The notes under the pieces are model-generated. The model was not told the DNA's origin. It ran no database searches and saw only the letters and a list, made by a program, of their open reading frames with translations. Shown piece after piece: positions 45,556 through 55,556 of a stretch of DNA of 64,000 nucleotides. Source of the DNA: a bacterium (GTDB taxonomy: Bacteria; Bacillota; Clostridia; Oscillospirales; CAG-272); contig CAVIJI010000005.1 in the NCBI GenBank assembly GCA_963642885.1, forward strand, positions 22,185 to 86,184, read 5' to 3'. Each line of letters begins with the position of its first letter. The first letter of the stretch is position 1. Position numbers and translations under genes: made by a program.

Positions 45556-46602
45556 TTACCAAACGATCTTTTCTCCGCCGTTTTCGGCTGACTTGAACGC
45601 GTCAAGTATAATCTTGAGAACGCATCTCATCTGGTCGTGGGTTACCATCTGTTCTTCGATACCGTCGATGGCGCGAACGAAGTTGCGGTAATAATCGTGT
45701 ACGTCTGATACGGGCTTTTCGAGATCGTATTCGTCTACGGTGATACTGTCTCTGGGAGCCATTGTCTTTGTAAGACCGCTGGCGTTCTGAACGGGAAGAA
45801 CATCCGCTTCATTCCAAGCCTTGCACTTAACAACGTGAGCGGGAACTCTCCAGTCTGTTATGATTGCACTGCCGCCCTTTGCTCTCATGTAGAAACGAGG
45901 CATAGCGATGAAATTGTATGTTCCGACTTCGAGATAAGCCTTCTGACCGTTTTTGAATTCAAGCCAAAGCTGGAAGCCGTCGTCAACCTCGTCGTTTGTT
46001 ATGTGGTCGAATGTGCAGCGAACGGAAGCGATATCGTATCCGAGAATCATGCAGGCCTGGTCGATGATGTGTACACCCCAGTCATAGAGCATACCGCCGC
46101 CGTATTTCTTGATTCCTCTCCAGTCGGAGGGAATACCGCGGCTTCCGTGAATTCTCGACTCGATGTTGATTACCTCGCCGATTTCACCGCTGTCGTGAAT
46201 CTTCTTCATTGCGAGAGCGTCGACGTCAAAGCGTCTGTTCTGGTGAACGGAGAAGATTTTGTGGTTCTTGTTGGCAACGGCAATCATTCTTTCCAAACTG
46301 TCCATGGAAAGAGTAACGGGCTTTTCGCTGATTACGTTCTTGCCGTGGTTAAGAGCATCTACGGCGATTTCCTCGTGAACGTCGTTCGGAGTAGCTACGG
46401 TTACCATGTCGATTGTCGGGTCGGACAAAAGCTCTTCGCGTGTCGAGTAAACCTTGATACCGTTCTTTTTGGCAAGCTCGCGCTTCTTTTCGTCGATATC
46501 GTAAATTCCCGCGAGGTTGCAGACATCACTTGTGAGCAGGTTCTTTACATGGAAACCCGCACCCATTCCTCCGTATCCTATAACGGCAGCATTCTTTTTC
46601 AT
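45556..46602 (-). CDS. Gfo/Idh/MocA-family NAD(P)-dependent oxidoreductase
   Basis: The start is set at 46602. MKKNAAVIGYGGMGAGFH is a Rossmann motif, and VISEKP is present. Confidence 0.8.
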   Translation of the reverse strand: MKKNAAVIGYGGMGAGFHVKNLLTSDVCNLAGIYDIDEKKRELAKKNGIKVYSTREELLSDPTIDMVTVATPNDVHEEIAVDALNHGKNVISEKPVTLSMDSLERMIAVANKNHKIFSVHQNRRFDVDALAMKKIHDSGEIGEVINIESRIHGSRGIPSDWRGIKKYGGGMLYDWGVHIIDQACMILGYDIASVRCTFDHITNDEVDDGFQLWLEFKNGQKAYLEVGTYNFIAMPRFYMRAKGGSAIITDWRVPAHVVKCKAWNEADVLPVQNASGLTKTMAPRDSITVDEYDLEKPVSDVHDYYRNFVRAIDGIEEQMVTHDQMRCVLKIILDAFKSAENGGEKIVW

Positions 46603-46833
46603 ATTAAGCTCCATTCTCCGTGCCCATAACGCTCGAAGCACGGTAAAAATAATGTATTATACAGAATATCATAATCGATACTCATTGGTTACTGAGTGGT
46701 TACGGTAACACTAATCTCTCTACTTATATTATATTGAAAAAACGGTGATTGTCAAGAGGATTAGTTAATCATAATTACATGCGAGCAAAAAAAATCGGAC
46801 AAAATTTTACTTTACGGCACGTGTAATTGATTA

Positions 46834-46862
46834 TTGATTTCATTACGTTTTTCGTATATAAT
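46834..46862 (+). promoter_or_regulatory. Sigma-70-like promoter for the sulfatase gene
   Basis: TTGATT (46834-46839), 17-nt spacer, TATAAT (46857-46862). Confidence 0.45.
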
Positions 46863-46912
46863 ATAACGGTAACATAAAGATAAATCTGCGGATAATGCAA
46901 GCGGGGAATGAA

Positions 46913-48334
46913 ATGAGTACAAAGAAACCTAATTTAATTTATATGTTTGCCGATCAGCTCAGGCTGTGCAGCATGGGTTATTACGGTGATAAAAGGGCGA
47001 TTACGCCGAATATAGATGCTCTGGCCGAAAACAGCTGCAATCTTATCAATGCGGTATCGGGGCATCCGGTATGCGCACCGTACAGAGCGTCATTGTTCAC
47101 GGGTAAGTACACGACAAGCACGGGAATGGTTATTAACGAAATAAGACTGAACCCGAATCATCGCTCATTCGCGAATGTATTGGACGACGAGGGCTATAAC
47201 ACCGCGTACATCGGCAAGTGGCATATGTACGCAAATCAGCTCGGACACCATGCGGATCCGAAAAACTCGTATATTCCCGAAGGGGAGAATCGTCTCGGAT
47301 TCAACGGACTTTTCGCGGCGTACAATTTCCATCATGAAAATTACGGAGACACATCGTACTACCATCTCGATTCGCCGGAAAAAATTCATTACGACGGATT
47401 CGAACCCGACTGCCAGACGGACATGGCAATTGAGGAGATGAAGCGTCTTGCCGCAGACGACAAGCCGTTTGCGCTGTTTTTGTCCATAGGCATACCGCAC
47501 GACCCATGGGACGAGTGGAACTGTGATCCCGAGGCATACAAGATGTTCGAGAATACACGGTTTGAACTGCCCGAAAACTATCTTCCCGACAACGATCCGT
47601 ATGCCGACGACTGGGCAAAGCTGTCCGATGAGGAAAGAAAGCTCCTTCCGTACTGGATGAAGGGATACTATTCAATGGCGGAAAAGGTTGACGAGGAGGT
47701 CGGCCGCATGCTTAACGCGGTGAAGGATGCGGGACTGGAGGACGACACGATATTTGTGTTCACATCCGACCACGGTGAGCTGTTCGGTGCTCACGGAAGA
47801 CGTGCGAAGAATATCTTTTACGAGGAGGCTGTGAGGGTGCCGTTCCTTGTAAGATATCCTGATAAGCTGAAAAACGGCGAGAGGGACGTTTGTCTCAATA
47901 CCGTCGACATAATGCCCACGCTTCTTTCGATGATGGGCATGAAGGATGATATTCCCGCGGATGTCGAAGGAAGAGATTTGTCCGACGCGGTATTCGGCTG
48001 TGATGACGCATATAAGCCCACGGGTGCACTTATGATGGGAACGGGTGCTACTGCGGCATGGGAAGACGGGCATGAATGGAGAGCGTACAGAACGGACAGA
48101 TACACATATGCGATATACCTGAGAGACGGAGCGGAGCTTTTGTTCGACAACGAGAACGATCCGCTGCAGATGAATAACCTTTCCATGAATCCCGAATATT
48201 TCGATAAAAAGGTTGAAATAAGGAACGAAATGTATGCCGAGATGAACCGCATCGGAGACCGTTTCCACATCAGCAGCTATTATCGTGACAACTGGACACA
48301 GGACAGAATAATACTCAAGACCAAGGCAGACTGA
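46913..48334 (+). CDS. Cys-type sulfatase (formylglycine-dependent)
   Basis: PNLIYMFADQLR is present. The C-x-P-x-R maturation motif is VCAPYRASLFTG, and GKWH and TSDHG are also present. An alternative start lies at 46895. Confidence 0.85.
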   Translation: MSTKKPNLIYMFADQLRLCSMGYYGDKRAITPNIDALAENSCNLINAVSGHPVCAPYRASLFTGKYTTSTGMVINEIRLNPNHRSFANVLDDEGYNTAYIGKWHMYANQLGHHADPKNSYIPEGENRLGFNGLFAAYNFHHENYGDTSYYHLDSPEKIHYDGFEPDCQTDMAIEEMKRLAADDKPFALFLSIGIPHDPWDEWNCDPEAYKMFENTRFELPENYLPDNDPYADDWAKLSDEERKLLPYWMKGYYSMAEKVDEEVGRMLNAVKDAGLEDDTIFVFTSDHGELFGAHGRRAKNIFYEEAVRVPFLVRYPDKLKNGERDVCLNTVDIMPTLLSMMGMKDDIPADVEGRDLSDAVFGCDDAYKPTGALMMGTGATAAWEDGHEWRAYRTDRYTYAIYLRDGAELLFDNENDPLQMNNLSMNPEYFDKKVEIRNEMYAEMNRIGDRFHISSYYRDNWTQDRIILKTKAD

Positions 48335-48488
48335 AGATGAAAAACAGCGGAGCTTACCGAAAATCCGTATGCGGGACGGTAAGGCTCCGTTTTTGTGTTT
48401 TCGTGTGTATTTGCGTGAAAAGCTTGACACGGCGTGATATATTGTGTATAATAAACATGATTATTTATATTTGGGGAGGACGACGCAC

Positions 48489-49214
48489 ATGACACAATTC
48501 AAACATACGCGCCAACTCCTGACCTCGCAAATAATACTTGTTCATCCTGCAAGCGCCGCTCACTATCTACTCGAGGGAAGGGCGCTTGTTTGTCTTGTCA
48601 GGCATGGACAGACGGACTGGAATATTATAAAACGTCTTCAGGGCAGGGAAAATATCCCTCTTAACGAAAACGGTCACGATCAGGCAAGGCTTATTTCCAC
48701 AGTCATGAAGCGTACGAAGAAAAGCGGCGTCGCGTATGCCGCCGTGTGCACATCACCTCTTTCGAGGGCTGTTGTTACCGCGGAATACATTGCGGAATCG
48801 GTAGGCGTAGAAGAACCGACCGTGGTCGACAGACTGATCGAACGTGACTACGGAGCGTTATCGGGGCTTACGCTGGATGAGAGAAAAAAGATGTTTCCGA
48901 ACGGCGAAAAGCACGCCGATGATGTCGAGACAGTTCCGCAGGCTGCCGCACGCATGCTCGGTGCCATAGATGATATGCTTGAGGTGTCGGAACGGAAAAC
49001 CGTTATCGGGGTAACACACGGAGGCTTGATTAACGCGGTTTTTTCTCGTCTTACCTCCGGTGAGATAGGTACGGGAAAAACGCTGACGGTGAACTGCAGT
49101 GTCAGCTGTATTGCGGCGGGAATAGGCGAGCCTATACCGCTCGCGTATAATCTGCAGAACGATTATGCGGCGGAATACATAAACAAGCTGCTCTGGTGCG
49201 GAGCGGAAATATAG
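48489..49214 (+). CDS. Histidine phosphatase family protein (phosphoglycerate-mutase-like)
   Basis: The LVRHGQTDWN catalytic RHG motif and VTHGG are present. The start is set at the ATG at 48489, 8 nt after GGAGGA. The N-terminal extension is unusually long, about 40 aa. Confidence 0.75.
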   Translation: MTQFKHTRQLLTSQIILVHPASAAHYLLEGRALVCLVRHGQTDWNIIKRLQGRENIPLNENGHDQARLISTVMKRTKKSGVAYAAVCTSPLSRAVVTAEYIAESVGVEEPTVVDRLIERDYGALSGLTLDERKKMFPNGEKHADDVETVPQAAARMLGAIDDMLEVSERKTVIGVTHGGLINAVFSRLTSGEIGTGKTLTVNCSVSCIAAGIGEPIPLAYNLQNDYAAEYINKLLWCGAEI

Positions 49215-49575
49215 CGGGGATTTCTTTACGGTGAGTAGTGGAGACAACCGCCCCGCTATCGAGATTGCCTTTTTTCAAACTTTGAAAAGTTTGAAAATTG
49301 CCTTCGGCAAGCAGTCAATCTCCGAATATGAGGCTTGGAAATATAGCGGGGATTCACTGCAGCTTGGCAGTGGAGACAACCGCCCCGCTATCGAGATTGC
49401 CTTTTTCAAACTTTGAAAAGTTTGAAATTGCCTTCGGTAAGCAGTCAATCTCCGAATATGAGGCTTGGGAATACAGTGGGGATTTCTTTACGGTGAGCAG
49501 TGGAGGCAACCGCCCCGCTATGAGGCTTGGGAATATAGCGGGGATTTCTTTACGGTGAGTAGTGGAGACAACCGT
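49212..49575 (+). repeat. Mosaic hairpin repeat array: A-B-C, A-B-C, A-C, then a truncated A (module A at 49212, 49344, 49474, 49536)
   Basis: A is tAGCGGGGatttctttacggtgagtagtggagacaaccgCCCCGCTa. B is the long hairpin GAGATTGCC...ttcaaactttgaaaagtttgaa...CAATCTC. C is gaatatgaGGCTTGGaaata. The first A starts on the TAG stop of the upstream gene. Confidence 0.9.
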
Positions 49576-49721
49576 CATACTTCGGAAAATTTTGCATTCC
49601 GAAAGGCTGACGTACCGCTTGCTTGCGGACGGTGACAAGGACGAGCTCGGCGAAGAGAGAACGTGTCATTCATATTATTATACAAATAAAACCAAATAAA
49701 TTTATTCGGGAGGAAAACAGA

Positions 49722-49940
49722 ATGCTTTTCGGAAAGAAAAAAACAATCGATTTGCTTATCAGCGGCATGCACTGTGAAAAGTGCGTCGAAAAAGTGGTTA
49801 AGGTAATCAAAGAGCTCGGCGGCTCCGCAATCGTCGATCTCGCTACGGGAAAAGCCAAGATTACGTGCTCGGAGCTTCTCGACACTAATCTCATATGCGA
49901 AGCAATAAAGAAGCTCGGATTCGACTGCAAAGCCGAATGA
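49722..49940 (+). CDS. Heavy-metal-associated (HMA) domain protein, CopZ-like
   Basis: 72 aa, starting at 49722 after GGGAGG. LLISGMHCEKCVEKV contains the GMxCxxC metal-binding motif. Confidence 0.8.
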   Translation: MLFGKKKTIDLLISGMHCEKCVEKVVKVIKELGGSAIVDLATGKAKITCSELLDTNLICEAIKKLGFDCKAE

Positions 49941-49945
49941 GTGTG

Positions 49946-49982
49946 AAAGTCCGACAAAACGAAGGTTTTGTCGGACTTTTCT
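49946..49982 (+). terminator. Rho-independent terminator
   Basis: aaagtccgacaaaac-gaag-gttttgtcggacttt, a 15-bp stem. Confidence 0.7.
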
Positions 49983-50094
49983 CGTGTATCGAAAAAACTA
50001 CTCAAGGTACATGTAAAATAATTTTTCAAACCCTTGAAAACAGAGGTATGCTTTTGATATAATACATAGGAATTTTGCTTTCAGAGGATGAAAA

Positions 50095-51294
50095 ATGACT
50101 ATCTTACTTCTTGTGATTATATACATCACATACATAGGTCTCGGTATTCCCGATTCGCTTTTCGGAACGGCATGGCCTGTGATGTACCAGGATTTCGGAC
50201 TTTCCGTTGACGTCGCGGGATATCTGACGCCGTTGTTTTCGCTTTTCAGTGTTGCCTCCAGCCTTGCGAGTACGAGAGTGATTAATCGCTTCGGTACGGG
50301 ACGTGTCGCCGCGGTGAGTACGGCTCTTACCGTTATCGGTTTGTTCGGAAACTCCGTTTCGGGCAACATTCTGTGGATTATCTTTTTTGCGATACCGCTC
50401 GGCTTCGGAGCGGGATGCATTGATGCCGCAATGAATTCATATGTGGCGCTGCACTACAAGGCTATGCACATGAGCTTTTTGCATTGTGCGTACGGTGTCG
50501 GCGTATCGCTCAGCCCTCTGTTTATGTCAAAGGCTCTGGAAAAATACGGAAGCTGGCAGACAGGATACAGAAATGCGGGTATAGTTCAGCTTGTCATAGC
50601 GATTATAGTAATCGCGTCACTCCCGCTATGGACGCGTGTTAAGTTCGGAAAACAATACGGCAGTACGGAAGAGGTCGCGCCCAAAACCGTCGGTATGAAA
50701 GAGCTGGCGAAGGACCCCGCTATCAGAGTAGTATGGGTATGCTTTTTCTCATCGTGTACTCTCGAATATTTATGCAACACATGGGGAAGCTCTTTCCTTG
50801 TGGAGTGCAAAAACATAACGGCGGACAGAGCCGCTTTTATTATCACATTCTATTTTGTGGGCCTTGCACTCGGAAGATTTATGTCGGGCATACTTTCGAT
50901 TAAGCTTAATTCATGGCAGATTATCAAGCTCGGACTTATTCTTCTTATTCCCGCTACCGCGTTGATTCTGCTTCCGCTGCCGTCGATATTCGCATGCATA
51001 GGGTTATTCCTTATAGGATTCGGCAACGGACCGATGTACCCGAATTTCATGCATCTTACTCCGTCATGCTTCGGTGCGGACATCGCGCAATCGGTTATAA
51101 GCTCTCAGATGGCGGCGGCTTATGTAAGCTTTACTCTGATGCCGTTTGTGTTCGGCGGTATAGTAAAGCTGTTCGGAATGATATCGTTCCCCGTATATTT
51201 TACCGTTATATATGCTTTGCTTGCAGTGTCCGTGATGAAATTCTCGGCGAAAAAAAGAAAAACATCCGAGGCAGTTATGAAAGGAAACGAATAA
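50095..51294 (+). CDS. MFS transporter
   Basis: 399 aa with about 12 TM segments. It has an MFS-like loop motif, SLASTRVINRFGTGR. Confidence 0.75.
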   Translation: MTILLLVIIYITYIGLGIPDSLFGTAWPVMYQDFGLSVDVAGYLTPLFSLFSVASSLASTRVINRFGTGRVAAVSTALTVIGLFGNSVSGNILWIIFFAIPLGFGAGCIDAAMNSYVALHYKAMHMSFLHCAYGVGVSLSPLFMSKALEKYGSWQTGYRNAGIVQLVIAIIVIASLPLWTRVKFGKQYGSTEEVAPKTVGMKELAKDPAIRVVWVCFFSSCTLEYLCNTWGSSFLVECKNITADRAAFIITFYFVGLALGRFMSGILSIKLNSWQIIKLGLILLIPATALILLPLPSIFACIGLFLIGFGNGPMYPNFMHLTPSCFGADIAQSVISSQMAAAYVSFTLMPFVFGGIVKLFGMISFPVYFTVIYALLAVSVMKFSAKKRKTSEAVMKGNE

Positions 51295-51295
51295 A

Positions 51296-51787
51296 ATGGA
51301 AATAAGACAAGCCATCCGGGAGGATGTACCCGCTCTCCTCGAAATATACAATTACGAAGTCGTAAACGGCGTTGCGACACTTGATTTGAATAAACGCACG
51401 GAGGGTGAGTGGAACGAGTGGTTTGACGAGCACAATCGTGACAACCATCCGTTGTATGTGGCTGTGGAAAACGGAGAAATACTCGGATACGCCAGTCTGT
51501 CTGAGTATCGTACGAAGGAAGCATACAAAACTACGGTGGAGCTGTCGATATATGTTGCGCCGAATCACAGAAAAAAAGGCGTCGGCAGAACTCTTATGGG
51601 GTATATACTCGATATAGCAAAGCAAGACGAACGCACACACTGCGTGGTTTCGGTTATAACATCAGGCAACGAGGCAAGCAGAAAGCTTCACTCCGAGTTC
51701 GGCTTTACCTACTGCGGTTCGATTCCCGAGGTGGGAAGCAAATTCGGCAAAATGCTCGACATCGATAATTACGCGCTGATTGTGTGA
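51296..51787 (+). CDS. GNAT-family N-acetyltransferase (phosphinothricin/MSO acetyltransferase-like)
   Basis: IREDVPALLEIYNYEV...YVAPNHRKKGVGRTLM...N.AS.KLH..FGF is the pattern. The start is 1 nt after the MFS stop. Confidence 0.75.
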   Translation: MEIRQAIREDVPALLEIYNYEVVNGVATLDLNKRTEGEWNEWFDEHNRDNHPLYVAVENGEILGYASLSEYRTKEAYKTTVELSIYVAPNHRKKGVGRTLMGYILDIAKQDERTHCVVSVITSGNEASRKLHSEFGFTYCGSIPEVGSKFGKMLDIDNYALIV

Positions 51788-51803
51788 ATTCATAATTATA
51801 GTG

Positions 51804-51832
51804 TTGACATCACGAAAATAAACTGCTATACT
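51804..51832 (+). promoter_or_regulatory. Consensus sigma-70 promoter with a leader of about 170 nt
   Basis: TTGACA (51804-51809), 17-nt spacer, TATACT (51827-51832). Confidence 0.55.
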
Positions 51833-52008
51833 TAGCGTAGTGCCGACGGATTCATGCCATCGGAAATTGTTGTTTCGTTTGGGAAGGCTCTGATTTAAGG
51901 CCGTTTTTGCGATAAAAGCCTCTATAATTCAGCCCTTTGTCGCAAAAATCCGATTTATTCAGAGTATCCTTAAATATATTTTACTTCGTTACACGGCGGA
52001 GGTTTATT

Positions 52009-52743
52009 ATGGAATACACATATTCTGATTTTTGCGGCTATAAACAGCTTAATTTTAAGTTTGAAGACCGCGACGCGATACTTGTTGTACCGAGCACCGA
52101 ATCGAACGGCAAGTGGATGATGAAGATGGAATACTTCGGTGCGTTTCCGGAGCTTGAAACGGAAATGCTCTCACGCGGATGGCATCTCGCTTACATTAAG
52201 AACAGAGATCGTTGGGGTACGGATGACGACTCCGATCTCAAGGTAAGATTCGCCGAATTTCTTTCGGGTGAATTCGGTTTGGAAAAGCGTTTTTGCTGTA
52301 TAGGAATGAGCTGCGGAGGTATCTGTTCGGTGAATTTCGCGGCGAGACACCCCGATTATGTTTCGTTCCTGTATCTTGACGCACCCGTGATGAATTTATA
52401 CAGCTGTCCGATGGGATTCGGAGCAGGCGATTCGCTCGGCGAAAACAGCTGGAACGAGCTGGTTGAAGCGTACGGATTCGATGTTCCCGCATTCATGGTA
52501 TACAGACAGCACCCGATTGACAAGGTTGATATTCTCGCCGACAACAAGCTTCCCGTCGCGCTTGTGTACGGGGACTCGGATACGTGCGTTCCGTACAACG
52601 AAAACGGAATAGTGCTCGAGAAATGCTACAGGGAGCGCGGAATAACGCTCATCGTAGACGAAAAGAAGGGCTGCGGCCATCATCCTCACGGACCGAAGGA
52701 CATCAAAGCAATGGCGGATTTCATAGAGAAAAACGCTCTCTGA
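52009..52743 (+). CDS. Alpha/beta-hydrolase-fold protein
   Basis: The start is set at 52009, after GGCGGAGG. The nucleophile elbow is IGMSCGG, and a C-terminal GCGHHPHG carries the catalytic His candidate. Confidence 0.65.
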   Translation: MEYTYSDFCGYKQLNFKFEDRDAILVVPSTESNGKWMMKMEYFGAFPELETEMLSRGWHLAYIKNRDRWGTDDDSDLKVRFAEFLSGEFGLEKRFCCIGMSCGGICSVNFAARHPDYVSFLYLDAPVMNLYSCPMGFGAGDSLGENSWNELVEAYGFDVPAFMVYRQHPIDKVDILADNKLPVALVYGDSDTCVPYNENGIVLEKCYRERGITLIVDEKKGCGHHPHGPKDIKAMADFIEKNAL

Positions 52744-52783
52744 TTATAAAATATATTAAGAATAAAATTTACGGAGGTAAATT

Positions 52784-53773
52784 ATGTTAAAGGTTGCTAT
52801 GCTTTCAAAATGGCATGTTCACGCAGGCGGATATGCTTCACAGCTTAAGAACAGCGGAAAGGTTGAAATCGTTGCCGTATGGGACGATGATAAAGAACGC
52901 GGAGAAAACTGGGCGAAAGAGCTCGGATGCGAATTCATTCCCTGCCTTGACACACTTCTCGCAAGAGATGATATAGAGGCGGTTTTCTGTGACGCTCCCA
53001 CAACAGCTCACCATGATATTCTTGTTAAAGCCGCCAAAGCGGGCAAGCATATCTTCACCGAAAAGGCTCTCTGCCCGACAGTAGCGGAATGCCTTGACGT
53101 TAAGAAGGCAGTTGAAGAAGCAGGCGTTACATTCGCCATCAGCTATCCTCAGAGAGGAAGACCTTCCGTACAGTTCGCAAAGAAGATGCTTGATGAAGGT
53201 GCTTTCGGTAAGGTAACATACGTAAGAGTAAGAGACGCGCACAACGGTGTATCCGGCAATTGGCTCCCCGACTACTGGTTTGACAAGAGTGCTGCGGCAG
53301 GCGGAGCCATGATGGACCTCGGATGCCATCCGATGTATCTTCTCGCATACTTCCTCGGCAAGCCGAAGAGAATTTCCGGTATGTTTACCGCTCCTTACGG
53401 AAAGCCGGTTGACGAGAATGCGGTAGCTGTCGCAGAATTCGACGGCGGAGCTCTCGGCGTAGGCGAAACGGGATTCATTTCCGTCGGTTCACCTCAGACT
53501 ATCGAAATTTACGGTACAGAAGGTTCGCTTATAGCACACGGTGAGGATGTTAAATTCTCCAGCAGAAAGCTTGACGGCATTTTCAACGGATTCGTAAAGC
53601 CCGACCTTCCGAAGGCTAAGGATGCTCCCATCATGCAATTTGTCGATGCATGCATCAACAAGACAGGTTCGCCGAAGGATCTCGGTATCGATGATGCTAT
53701 AGCTCTTACCGAATTGCTTGAAAATTCTTATAAGAGCGACGAAACAGGCACAATCGTTAAGATTGACGACTGA
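52784..53773 (+). CDS. Gfo/Idh/MocA-family oxidoreductase
   Basis: The N-terminal Rossmann stretch is MLKVAMLSKWHVHAGGYA. IFTEKALC is an EKP-like motif. Confidence 0.75.
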   Translation: MLKVAMLSKWHVHAGGYASQLKNSGKVEIVAVWDDDKERGENWAKELGCEFIPCLDTLLARDDIEAVFCDAPTTAHHDILVKAAKAGKHIFTEKALCPTVAECLDVKKAVEEAGVTFAISYPQRGRPSVQFAKKMLDEGAFGKVTYVRVRDAHNGVSGNWLPDYWFDKSAAAGGAMMDLGCHPMYLLAYFLGKPKRISGMFTAPYGKPVDENAVAVAEFDGGALGVGETGFISVGSPQTIEIYGTEGSLIAHGEDVKFSSRKLDGIFNGFVKPDLPKAKDAPIMQFVDACINKTGSPKDLGIDDAIALTELLENSYKSDETGTIVKIDD

Positions 53774-53934
53774 AAAATAATATGACTTGCCTTATATTGT
53801 CGGTCACGCTGCTGTGATCGGACGATACAAGGGTAAAAACACATATTGAGAGTGACAGAGAACTCACGGCAGCAAACCAATTCGTGGGTTCTCTTTACTT
53901 TTTATAAACAAATGTAATCCTGCGGAGAGAGTTA

Positions 53935-54459
53935 ATGATATTCGAGAAACTTCTTATGCCGAATGAGGTTTATTCATCATTCGAAGAGCTTACCCCGGAG
54001 CACGTGAAAAAGCTCGGTAAAAAATATATCTTTTCGGATATAGACAACACCTTGGCGACATATGATGATATGTATCCGCCCGAGAACGTAATAAAGTGGT
54101 GTTCTCTGATGGCGGAGAACGGGATAAAAGTCGCGTTTGTGTCAAACAACAACGCCGAAAGAGTGGAAAAATTCAATTCGGCTTTCGGTTATGCCGCATA
54201 TGCGGACGCGGGAAAGCCGAAAACGAAGAAGCTGAGGCTTGCCATGTGCGAATACGGTGCGGATGCCGAGAATTCGATACTGCTGGGGGATCAGCTGCTG
54301 ACGGACGCGGCCTGTGCAAACCGTGCAAAGCTATACTGCATTATAGTTCCGCCGATTAAGGATAAAAAGACTCTTTTCTTCCGCTTCAAGAGATTACTCG
54401 AAAAGCCGTACATGAAGAAGTTCATGGAAAGCCGAAAGACTGATTACGATAAAAAATGA
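53935..54459 (+). CDS. yqeG: YqeG-family HAD-IIIA phosphatase
   Basis: FSDIDNTLA is HAD motif I. VSNN and the GDQLLTD motifs are also present. Confidence 0.8.
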   Translation: MIFEKLLMPNEVYSSFEELTPEHVKKLGKKYIFSDIDNTLATYDDMYPPENVIKWCSLMAENGIKVAFVSNNNAERVEKFNSAFGYAAYADAGKPKTKKLRLAMCEYGADAENSILLGDQLLTDAACANRAKLYCIIVPPIKDKKTLFFRFKRLLEKPYMKKFMESRKTDYDKK

Positions 54460-55556
54460 AAGGAACATATATAAAAATGTCAATTGTATCAAATCGAATC
54501 AACAATCTGCAGAATGAAATGAAAAAGCTGGGTATCGATGCCGTTTACATCAACTCACCCGAGAACCATCTGTATTTTTCGGGCTTCGACAACCCCGACG
54601 GATATATTGTTGTAATGTGCGACAAGACGTATCTGTTTGCCGACTTCCGTTATATCGAGGCTGCTAAGGAGGAATCCGACCCGTCCATTATTGTTTGTCT
54701 TCCCGGTCAGCCGTCCGTTAAGGAGCTTGTTCATGACTACGGAATTAAGTCTATCGGCTATGAGGATCAGAGAATGACCTGTGCGGAGCTTGAAGGACTT
54801 AAGCGTTCCGCTGGAGACGACAGCATCGAATACAAGCCCATGGGCGGACTCTTTGTAGAGATTCGTTCATACAAGACCGAGGATGAGGTCGAAAACATAG
54901 TTGCGGCACAGAGAATCGCGGAAGGTGCATTTGAGCACATTTTAAAGACAATAACAAGAGATATGACGGAGATCGAGGTTGCGGCCGAGCTTGAATACTA
55001 CATGAAGAAACACGGCAGTCAGAAGCCGTCGTTTGACACTATCTGTGTATCGGGCACTGCTTCGTCGAGACCTCACGGTGTTCCGAGAAATGTCAGACTC
55101 GAGAGCGGATTCTTGACGATGGATTACGGTGCAATGGTAAACGGATACCATTCCGACATGACAAGAACGATTGTTGTAGGCAAAGCCGATGATGACATGA
55201 AAAAGCTGTACAACACTGTATTAAAGGCTCAGCTTGCCGCTATCGATGCGATTACGGAAGGTGCTAACAATGCCGCCATGGATAAGGTAGCGAGAGACAT
55301 TATCGACAATGCGGGATACAAGGGATGCTTCGGACACTCACTCGGTCACGGTGTAGGTCTTGAAATACACGAACAACCCGGACTTCACGCAAGAATGGGA
55401 GATGCTACTCTTAAGGTAGGTCAGATTGTTACGGATGAGCCCGGCATATACATTGAAGGCAAATACGGCTGCCGTATCGAGGACATGATTCTTATAACAA
55501 AGGGTGGCAAGAGAAATCTTACAAACTGCCCGAAGGAGCTTATTGAGGTCTGCTGA
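54456..55556 (+). CDS. M24-family Xaa-Pro aminopeptidase/dipeptidase
   Basis: DYGAMVNGYHSDMTRT, GHSLGHGVGLEIHE and EPGIY...G.RIED are pita-bread metal ligands. ATGA overlaps the yqeG stop. An alternative start lies at 54477. Confidence 0.85.
   Translation: MKGTYIKMSIVSNRINNLQNEMKKLGIDAVYINSPENHLYFSGFDNPDGYIVVMCDKTYLFADFRYIEAAKEESDPSIIVCLPGQPSVKELVHDYGIKSIGYEDQRMTCAELEGLKRSAGDDSIEYKPMGGLFVEIRSYKTEDEVENIVAAQRIAEGAFEHILKTITRDMTEIEVAAELEYYMKKHGSQKPSFDTICVSGTASSRPHGVPRNVRLESGFLTMDYGAMVNGYHSDMTRTIVVGKADDDMKKLYNTVLKAQLAAIDAITEGANNAAMDKVARDIIDNAGYKGCFGHSLGHGVGLEIHEQPGLHARMGDATLKVGQIVTDEPGIYIEGKYGCRIEDMILITKGGKRNLTNCPKELIEVC

Noticed and set aside
49231-49638. Short ORFs of 61-94 aa inside repeat arrays (also 2399-2767, 35897-36097 and 55421-55795)
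   Set aside because: They are generated by the repeats themselves, so the peptide strings are periodic. They lack Shine-Dalgarno sequences and occur on both strands.
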